Source of the DNA: Corynebacterium glutamicum ATCC 13032
Lineage (GTDB): Bacteria; Actinomycetota; Actinomycetes; Mycobacteriales; Mycobacteriaceae
Length of the DNA: 32,000 nucleotides
Direction: 5' to 3'
Assembly: GCF_000011325.1 (NCBI RefSeq)
Contig: NC_003450.3
Location: 1 to 32,000, forward strand
Shown here: one piece after another, positions 19,705-26,853 of the stretch
Position numbering within the stretch: position 1 is the stretch's first letter
Layout: every line of letters begins with the position of its first letter
Translations under genes and position numbers: made by a program
Notes under the pieces: generated by a model
What the model was told of the DNA's origin: nothing
The model's database searches: none
What the model saw: the letters and a program-made list of their open reading frames with translations, nothing else

Positions 19705-20076
19705 ATGAGCATCGAGCCAGGAATCCCCACGCTTGGACCGCTTGAAGAACAAGTCATGCACATTCTGTGGGATCACGGAAAATTGACAGTCCGTGAAGTC
19801 ATCGAATTCCTTCCAGGTGATCCTGCGTACACAACGATCGCAACCGTCCTGCGTCACTTGGGCAGAAAAGGCATGGTCACCACCGTCAAAGATGGTCGGA
19901 CTGCCCGGCACAGCGCGTTGATGAACAGGGAGCAATACACCGCCGGCATCATGGACCAGGTGCTGTCGACCAGTCGGGATCGCAGTGCATCGATTCTGCA
20001 TTTTGTGGATACAATCACGGCAACTGATCGCGAGCTGCTTCTGGAGTACCTGCAACAGCAGGAGGGTAGGAAATGA
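19705..20076 (+). CDS. BlaI/MecI/CopY-family transcriptional repressor
   Basis: 123-aa ORF with AAGGAAG SD. Winged helix LGPLEEQVMHILWDHGKLTVREVIEFL...YTTIATVLRHLGRKGMV, typical of the penicillinase-repressor family. Confidence 0.85.
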   Translation: MSIEPGIPTLGPLEEQVMHILWDHGKLTVREVIEFLPGDPAYTTIATVLRHLGRKGMVTTVKDGRTARHSALMNREQYTAGIMDQVLSTSRDRSASILHFVDTITATDRELLLEYLQQQEGRK

Positions 20077-21068
20077 CTGCGGCTTCGGCGTTAACTGTAG
20101 CGCTCATAATTGGGATTTCACTGGCTGTCATTGGAATTTTTGGTCCTGCGCTTCTTCGCCACGCAGCGCCAGCGCTGGCTAAAACTCCGCACCTAGCAGT
20201 GGCGTTGCTCATCGGCGGTATCCTCGTTTGGCCAACCACGCTGCTTGCCTTGAGTCTTGCGTTGGCGTGGGTGTTGGTAGGTCCAGCGCTTCTTCCACAA
20301 AAAGCTGCTTTAGTTTGTGAACAGTGCTTGACCGCGGCTAATCCGTTTTCGGTGGAGTCCATTCAGACGACGCTGCCCACCGTGCTGCTCCTGGTTATTC
20401 CGACGGTGATTGCGGCGATGTGCACCGTCGGCATCGCGGCGCAGTTTATGGCCCGGGTGCGGTGCTCCCGTTCCACGGCGGCGCGTGTGCAGCATGAAGC
20501 TTATCGACGCCCCCTTCTCGGCTACAACGTTTCCGTTGTCCACGATCACCGTCCTTGGGCTCTGACGTTTTCACCTCGTCTTGGAGGAATAACCCTCTCT
20601 TCAGGGGCGATTGATCAGTTGGCTGATGATGAACTCGAGGCAGTCCTTGCCCATGAACAGGCCCACATGGATCAACGACACCACATTGTCACCGCATTGG
20701 TGGACAGTATCGCAGCACAACTGCGATGGGTACCGTTTATTCGAGAAGCCGCAGAAGTCCTGCCGGACTATTTAGAAATCGCTGCTGATCAACAAGCCTG
20801 CAGAAAAGTAAACACCACGGCGTTGGTTCGGGCTCTTTTAGTTTTGGGGGAGAAGAAGATACCGACAGGAACCATTGGATCAGCTGCCGGAACGTTGTTT
20901 GCTGCAGGTCCTGGACGTATTCCGCATCTGGTGGGTTCATCCACAGGGCGGAAAGGGTACGTTCCGGCTCTTGCAGCAGGTAGTCAGATTCTACTGTTGG
21001 GATTTGTCAGCGTTATTGTGCTGCTGTCCTATGCAATTGCACTACTAACCGGGTGTTCCCTGCCGTAA
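20073..21068 (+). CDS. BlaR1-like membrane zinc metalloprotease (M48/M56 family)
   Basis: 331-aa ORF overlapping the repressor gene (ATGA). N-terminal TM helices, HEXXH motif (LAHEQAHMDQRHH) and a C-terminal TM segment. Confidence 0.8.
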   Translation: MTAASALTVALIIGISLAVIGIFGPALLRHAAPALAKTPHLAVALLIGGILVWPTTLLALSLALAWVLVGPALLPQKAALVCEQCLTAANPFSVESIQTTLPTVLLLVIPTVIAAMCTVGIAAQFMARVRCSRSTAARVQHEAYRRPLLGYNVSVVHDHRPWALTFSPRLGGITLSSGAIDQLADDELEAVLAHEQAHMDQRHHIVTALVDSIAAQLRWVPFIREAAEVLPDYLEIAADQQACRKVNTTALVRALLVLGEKKIPTGTIGSAAGTLFAAGPGRIPHLVGSSTGRKGYVPALAAGSQILLLGFVSVIVLLSYAIALLTGCSLP

Positions 21069-21070
21069 AA

Positions 21071-21253
21071 CTAGTCCAGCGATTGCAGTCGTTCGAGCAT
21101 TCGTGGATCACGGTGGGTGAATCCCGCAAGGGGTTGTTGCTTGTCTAGGGCGGCGATACCCGCCATTTCTTCATCTGTGAGTGTGAAATCAAAGACATCG
21201 ATATTTTCACGTAGTCGTTTAAGAGCCTTTTGAGAACTCATCGACACAAGCAC
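21071..21253 (-). pseudogene. C-terminal remnant of an aldo/keto reductase
   Basis: Only about 55 codons resembling the AKR C-terminus (RLRENIDVFDFTLTDEEMAGIAALD). An in-frame TGA lies directly upstream and I could not recognise an N-terminal part. Confidence 0.6.
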
Positions 21254-21425
21254 TCACTGTGAAAAATCGATGCCTTAAAACGGCACCGGTGGGTTCTTCA
21301 GAACATACGGGGCTAAAACCCACCACACCCTGCGCATGAACTTTTGGTGACCAACCAAGCGGTACTTTTCCTACCCCGGTAGACACTTAAGTATCTGAAA
21401 ATAATACCTTTAAACAGGAGAAGTA

Positions 21426-23402
21426 GTGTTTCTATCCGCATACCGCGCACCGATTGCCGCAGGCACCGTCGTCGCCGCTGCTCTGGCAGGGGTTTCTATT
21501 GTCCAGGCGCAGGAAAATATCTCATAGTTCAACATCGCAAATATCACCGACTTCCACGGCTATATCTCTGCAACTGCAGCTCACCCCGGTGCAGCAATGC
21601 TGAAATGTGCAGTCGATGAAGCCGCTGGCGGACGCGCCCAAGCTTTCGTATCCTCAGGCGATAACATTGGTGGCAGCCCGTTCCAATCCTCCATTCTTGG
21701 TGATGAACCCACCTTGGAAGCACTCAACCAAATGGGTCTTGATTACTCAGCAGTGGGCAACCACGAATTTGATAAAGGCTACGCAGACTTAAGCAGTCGA
21801 GTCGCTGACCTTGCTGATTTTGATTATCTCGGCGCAAACGTTGAGGGCGAAAACCCAGATCTTGCACCATATGGAATTTCTCACCTTGATGGTGTGAAGG
21901 TTGCTTTCGTAGGCACCGTATCCCAAGAAACTCCGATGTTGGTCAATTCTGAAGGCATTGAGGGAATCACGTTTACTGACCCACTTGAAGCAACCAACCG
22001 TGTAGCTGATGAACTCGTGGGAAGTGGCGCAGCAGATGTTGTCGTTGCGCTTTACCACGAAGGCATTACCGGCACCGAAGCATGGTCAGAAAATATCGAC
22101 GTTGTTTTCGCAGGTCACACCCACTAAGTTCGTGATCTAGGAACCGACAACGGTCCACTAATCATGCAGTCTGGAAACTACGGGCACGCACTTGCCGATG
22201 TAGATTTCAGCTTCAACCACGACACCGGTGAGCTCACCGTAGATGATGCCCGCATGCTCGGAGTCGACGATATCAACGCGTGTGAAAACCCAGATGACAC
22301 CATTGCAGATATTGTTGCTCAGGCGGAACTTGATGCTGGTGAAGCCGGCAAAGAAGTAGTAGCGACCATCGATGGCGATTTTCTCCGCGCCAGCGACGAA
22401 GGAGCAGAATCTGGCTCCAACTACGGCGCTGAATCCCAGCTCGTCAACATGATTGCCAGTGCTGTGCGTTGGTCCATGTCCACCAATACCGCCACCACCG
22501 CAGACATTGGGCTTATGAACGCCGGAGGACTCCACACTGACCTATTCAGCGGCGATGTTACCTACGCCGAAGCTTTTGAAATCCAGCCTTTCTCCGGTGA
22601 AGATTCATTTGTCACCCTCAAGGGATCAGACTTCAAAGATGCCCTTGAGCAGCAGTGGGAAGAAGGTTCTGCACGACCAGTGGCAGCACTTGGCGTATCC
22701 GACAACGTTTCCTACACCTACGACATCAACCGTCCAATCGGTGACCGCGTCACTTCCGTGACCATTGATGATACCCCACTTGATCCGGAACGCGACTACG
22801 TTGTTGCAGCTTCCCTGTACCTCCAGTCCGGCAACGAAGGTATGACCGCACTGACCCGCGGAACCGCACCTGCACAAACCGGCATCGTGGATGTACAGTC
22901 CACCATCGGATACTTGTCCAACAACAATGTCACCCCACGTACTGGTCAAGCCCAGATTTCCATCACCCCATCCGGTGAGTTCAATGCGGGTGAAACCATC
23001 ACCCTTGACATGGCAGGACTCCGCTACACCCAAGGCGACACTGCCACGGAAGTAACTGTCAGCCTTCGAGAAGAAATTGTTTCAGCACCAATTGATCCTC
23101 AGCTCGGAGAAGCTGGCTTTGGCGAAGCTGGAACCGCGACAGTGAGCTTGGACATTCCTGCAACCCTTTCAGGTACTCAAAACCTCGTTGTCACCACCGA
23201 TACCGGCACCCGTATTTCCATGCCAGTTGAGATTGTTGGCGCAGAACAACCAGCACCGCAACCAGCAGGTTCCTCTGTTTTAGGAACTGGAGTGCTCAGT
23301 GGACTCCTCGGCATTGTTGTAGGAATTCTAGGAATGGTCGGTCTGGTGAACTGGATTGACCCAAGCTTCATTCAACAGATCCAGCAGCAAATCTTTGCTT
23401 AA
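21426..23402 (+). pseudogene. Secreted bifunctional 5'-nucleotidase/metallophosphoesterase interrupted by two in-frame stop codons
   Basis: One frame throughout. GTG at 21426, signal peptide, TAG at 21525-21527, then ITDFHG, GDNIGGSP, GNHEFD, GHTH, TAA at 22125-22127, then the 5'-nucleotidase C-domain and a C-terminal TM anchor. Confidence 0.8.
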
Positions 23403-23465
23403 ATTTAGTAAAAAGCATGCATCTAGCTGCGGATTTTTAAGAAACGTAGCCTGGGTGTAAAATTT

Positions 23466-23494
23466 AAAGAGCAAGTTTTTACAACTTGCTCTTT
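23466..23494. terminator. Hairpin with flanking A and T tracts (bidirectional-type terminator)
   Basis: AAAGAGCAAGTT (23466-23477), loop TTTAC, AACTTGCTCTTT (23483-23494). Confidence 0.65.
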
Positions 23495-23499
23495 AGCTC

Positions 23500-23572
23500 G
23501 GGGCATTAGCTCAGTTGGTAGAGCACCTGCTTTGCAAGCAGGATGTCAGGAGTTCGATTCTCCTATGCTCCA
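23500..23572 (+). tRNA. tRNA-Ala (TGC), solo copy
   Basis: Sequence identical to 14939-15011, followed by the same terminator type (23580-23613). Confidence 0.95.
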
Positions 23573-23902
23573 CAGTTTTCCCGGTTCACCTTTGTTGGTG
23601 GGCCGGGATTTTTACTTGCTTTTACGGCGTGTCGTTGTGGCATCGATTCCGGTGTCATAGGTAACCGGGCGCCCGTAGTGGTCGTGTGGTTGTTCTTGTT
23701 GGATCAAGTCGGGGACGTTGGCGAGTCCGTCTTGACCCCAGTTTTGTTGCCTGGCAATCGCGACCGGGTTGCTGGGCAACAGCGTGAGGATTAACAGCTA
23801 ATGGCGGAGTCGAAACGTCTGCATGGTGGGCTAGTTACCCCTTTAAGCTCGCGATTTGGTAGTTGCAACTCCAATCGGTAGAGTTTGGGATTGTTCCTAA
23901 AG

Positions 23903-23979
23903 GGGCCTATAGCTCAGTCGGTTAGAGCGCATCGCTGATAACGATGAGGTCGCAAGTTCGATTCTTGCTAGGCCCACCA
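23903..23979 (+). tRNA. tRNA-Ile (GAT), second copy
   Basis: Sequence identical to 14851-14927. Confidence 0.95.
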
Positions 23980-23990
23980 GGAACAAAAAA

Positions 23991-24063
23991 GGGGCATTAG
24001 CTCAGTTGGTAGAGCACCTGCTTTGCAAGCAGGATGTCAGGAGTTCGATTCTCCTATGCTCCA
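23991..24063 (+). tRNA. tRNA-Ala (TGC), third copy
   Basis: Sequence identical to 14939-15011. Same 11-nt spacer (GGAACAAAAAA) after tRNA-Ile and a terminator at 24071-24110. Confidence 0.95.
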
Positions 24064-24151
24064 CAGTTTTCCCGGTTCACCTTGTTGGTGGGCCGGGATT
24101 TTTGTTGTTTAGATTTTTGAAAGCACACTTTTGTCCCTTAACTAGTGCGTG

Positions 24152-24220
24152 TGTACATTCGACACCAAGATTTGGGCAATATGGTGCCCAAAATCAGGAA
24201 ATCTTGCTGTCTAATGCACA
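24152..24220. repeat. Long hairpin element, copy B (imperfect)
   Basis: Same architecture as 15122-15190 with a near-identical loop (GGGCAATATGGTGCCCAAAATCAGG). The stem has 3 mismatches and one compensatory T-A to A-T swap relative to copy A. Confidence 0.7.
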
Positions 24221-24294
24221 ACGGAAAACTGCTCACGGACGAACTAGTTGTAGCGAGCGTATTCTTTGTGTTCTCTCACGACAGGAATACTGCT

Positions 24295-24732
24295 ATGGCG
24301 ATCGAGTCCATCGCGTACACCAGTGAAGCACTCTCAACCGGCAGTGGCCGGCTGGGGCATGTGCGCTCCACAGATGGTGCGCTCGAATTTGAAATGACAC
24401 CGCCAAAGGCTTTGGGCGGATCCGGTGAAGGCACCAATCCAGAACAGCTGTTCGCGGTAGGTTACGCAGCCTGTTTCCACTCTGCCATGCACTCTGTCGC
24501 ACGCAGCCGCAAGATCACTCTTGAAGACACAGCGGTTGGTGCCCGAGTTAGCATCGGGCCAAACGGCGCTGGTGGATTTGAGATTGCCGTAGAACTCGAA
24601 GTATCGATTCCTCAATTGCCACAAGCAGAAGCCCAGGAACTTGCTGATGCCGCGCACCAGGTGTGCCCGTATTCCAACGCCACACGAGGCAATATCTCGG
24701 TAACTGTGTCAGTCATCGACGAAGAGGCTTAA
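24295..24732 (+). CDS. ohr: Organic hydroperoxide resistance protein (Ohr/OsmC family)
   Basis: ORF is open from 24145, but ATG at 24295 after AGGAA gives a 145-aa protein with the two conserved Cys contexts (GYAACFHSA and VCPYSNATRGNI) typical of Ohr. Confidence 0.88.
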   Translation: MAIESIAYTSEALSTGSGRLGHVRSTDGALEFEMTPPKALGGSGEGTNPEQLFAVGYAACFHSAMHSVARSRKITLEDTAVGARVSIGPNGAGGFEIAVELEVSIPQLPQAEAQELADAAHQVCPYSNATRGNISVTVSVIDEEA

Positions 24733-24750
24733 AACCACAGGATTAACAAA

Positions 24751-24883
24751 ACTCTCAGTTTCTACACTGAGGGTCTTGGTCTTTAGAGCGAGGGACGCGC
24801 TACATTGACCTGAAGTGGTGGAGGTAGGCGTCGAGAAGCAAATTCTTTTTGTTCGCTGACACCGGTGAGTTCGTTGGTGGGTC
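24751..24883. repeat. Direct repeat, left copy (ohr terminator hairpin, spacer and relic 3' end of an AztD-like gene)
   Basis: Aligns without gaps to 26721-26853 at an offset of 1970 nt. Perfect 30-nt core at 24805-24834. The minus strand reads ...PTNELTGVSEQ. Confidence 0.85.
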
Positions 24884-26573
24884 AAGCCTTCAAGTACGCT
24901 CGGTTGCGGCTTGATGGTGGAGCAGTTGCAACCACAAGACCTGCTTCAACAAGGCCACGAAGCAGCGGCCGAAGAGACGATGCAGTTTTCCCTGTTTTTG
25001 TGGCAATTTCTCGAATTGTGACAGGAGTTGTTTTATTGATTGCATCTAAGACTTCTTGTTCGCTTTGAGTTACATTCACAGACGATGTCGCAAGCTGATA
25101 TTGGTTCTGTAAGTTTTGGTTTAGAACGCCCCGATCAACCAAAGCGTCAAGTAAGCTGCGCATGTCTTCTGAATCATGACCAGTTTGATTGCGGAGATCT
25201 CGAGACGTTACCGCTCCAAGTTCTTTTGCGAGAACAAGAGCAATGCCTTGTGTGTTAGAAAAATCTGATCCGAGTTTTTCTACAAGCCATTCACTTGTTT
25301 GGGCATCTAGAAGACCGTGACGGCTGAGTTCGACAGTGACGCTAGAAATATCAATCTTAAAATTCGGTACCGGAAGTCCCGCTTCACGCATCAAATTGAA
25401 CATTCGGGGAACGCCAGTACCGTTGCTTTCAGCAAGTACTCCTTGTACTTCATGTGTCCATGGAATATCCATTAGGATTCTTGAAAGCACACGATTTCTT
25501 GGTTCAGAGTATCCGTCCAGTATTGACTCTGGGCGTTTACCATTGGGTAATCCACCTGGACTCGTGATCTCAACTCGATCCTTATAGATGTCTACATGAA
25601 TTGCTTCATTTTGAGCTAGCTCAGAATAATCACGGTGAAGTACGGCGTTTGCTAGAGCCTCTCTCAAAACTTCTTCTGGGATTTCTAGAACATCTTTACC
25701 TGAGAGTCCTTCAACGACGCGGCGTACACGTAGGTTTCGTTTGATGGCAGACATAGCCTCTTGAACCATCTCGAGAAGATTTCCCTCGCAGATTTTTCGG
25801 TCTTCAAAACGAATTGAGGTACCGATTGGTGACTTATGCAGACCTGGATGTACGGCAACATCAATGATCACTCGGGGGAAAAACTGTTGAGGATAGCTTC
25901 CGAGAGCCAGTAAGCCAGCAATCGTCAGTTCTCCCTTTGATGTAGTGATATTTTTGCGCAGTAACCAGTTATCGTCTGTTCCAAGGGAGCGACTATTTGA
26001 CTCAATTAGGCGCTGCTTAAATGACGCCGCGAGCTGATTGTTGAGATCGTCGATGCTTGAATCTGGAACTGGATTTCTATCTGTTTTGGTTTGAACAAAC
26101 CTATTTTGGAGCTCGTAAATTTCAAGATGACTGAGCTTCCGGTCTTCATCGCCAACGCGTTTGAAGCTGCCATTAGTGATTCCGACGGGAAGATAATAAC
26201 AGGGCCCGTTCACTGACAACGGTGAGACTGAAACTAAAACAACTTCAGCACCATCAACAGTCATTTCATGAATTTCATGATGGGGCACTGGTTCCACTTT
26301 TTGGGCGTCGCGATCTTGTGGATTTAAACCTGCACGAATGAACTGGATACTCGCCTGTGAATCAAATCCTTCAACTGGAGTGAAATCTGGTTCGCTTAGC
26401 CCCAATAGGATGTATCCACCGTTGGTGTTTGCGAATGCGCTTAATGATTCCCAGAAGCTTTTTGATCCTTTGCTTAAAGGTAACCGACCCCAAGATTTCA
26501 CTTCTACGGTTTCATCGTCTTTTCCGTTTTTCCTAAGACGCTCAAGGTCTTTCTCTAATTCGAATGGTTCCAC
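24882..26573 (-). CDS. AlbA_2 (Schlafen-like) / HATPase_c_4-type ATP-binding protein with C-terminal winged-helix domains
   Basis: 563-aa ORF. The N-terminus (ETVEVKSW...SLSAFANTNGGYILLGLSE) is typical of AlbA_2. The middle (REALANAVLHRDY...VEITSPGGLP...EPRNRVLSRIL) is typical of the RecG-C-terminal-like HATPase_c_4 domain. Two wHTH-like segments at the C-terminus. Confidence 0.85.
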   Translation of the reverse strand: MEPFELEKDLERLRKNGKDDETVEVKSWGRLPLSKGSKSFWESLSAFANTNGGYILLGLSEPDFTPVEGFDSQASIQFIRAGLNPQDRDAQKVEPVPHHEIHEMTVDGAEVVLVSVSPLSVNGPCYYLPVGITNGSFKRVGDEDRKLSHLEIYELQNRFVQTKTDRNPVPDSSIDDLNNQLAASFKQRLIESNSRSLGTDDNWLLRKNITTSKGELTIAGLLALGSYPQQFFPRVIIDVAVHPGLHKSPIGTSIRFEDRKICEGNLLEMVQEAMSAIKRNLRVRRVVEGLSGKDVLEIPEEVLREALANAVLHRDYSELAQNEAIHVDIYKDRVEITSPGGLPNGKRPESILDGYSEPRNRVLSRILMDIPWTHEVQGVLAESNGTGVPRMFNLMREAGLPVPNFKIDISSVTVELSRHGLLDAQTSEWLVEKLGSDFSNTQGIALVLAKELGAVTSRDLRNQTGHDSEDMRSLLDALVDRGVLNQNLQNQYQLATSSVNVTQSEQEVLDAINKTTPVTIREIATKTGKTASSLRPLLRGLVEAGLVVATAPPSSRNRAYLKA

Positions 26574-26629
26574 GGTGGCGAGTGCCCCACAATCTATTAA
26601 ACGTATTAGGTATCCCTGTCAGTCTACTT

Positions 26630-26744
26630 CACTGAGACCCTCAGTTTCTACACTGAGAGCGTCACTTTATACACTGAGACCCTCAGTTTCTACACTGAGG
26701 GCGTCACTTTATACACTGAGACCCTCAGTTTCTACACTGAGGGT
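26630..26744. repeat. 42-bp tandem repeat (about 2.7 units) with 21-bp sub-period
   Basis: Units at 26630-26671 and 26672-26713, partial unit from 26714. CACTGAG starts at 26630, 26651, 26672, 26693, 26714 and 26735. Each unit contains the ACTGAG-ACC-CTCAGT and CTCAG-N8-CTGAG hairpins. Confidence 0.9.
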
Positions 26745-26853
26745 CTTAGTTTTTTTAGTGAGGAGCGCGCTACGTTGACCTGAAGTGGTGGAGGTAGGCG
26801 TCGAAAAGCAATTTCTTTTTAGCCGCTCACTCCGGTGAGCTCGTTGGGGGTTC
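26721..26853. repeat. Direct repeat, right copy (canonical terminator hairpin with T7 run, spacer and true 3' end of the 426-aa gene)
   Basis: ACCCTCAG-TTTCTACA-CTGAGGGT then CTTAGTTTTTTT. Perfect 30-nt core at 26775-26804. Confidence 0.85.

Noticed and set aside
26630-26744. Possible CRISPR array
   Set aside because: The units are contiguous, with no unique spacers between repeats. There are only about 2.7 units and no cas genes.
26338-26778. 146-aa ORF with a repeated peptide LRPSVSTLRASLYT
   Set aside because: It is a translation of the 42-bp DNA tandem repeat and of the antisense of the AlbA_2-like gene. No start context, so I treat it as a DNA-level repeat.
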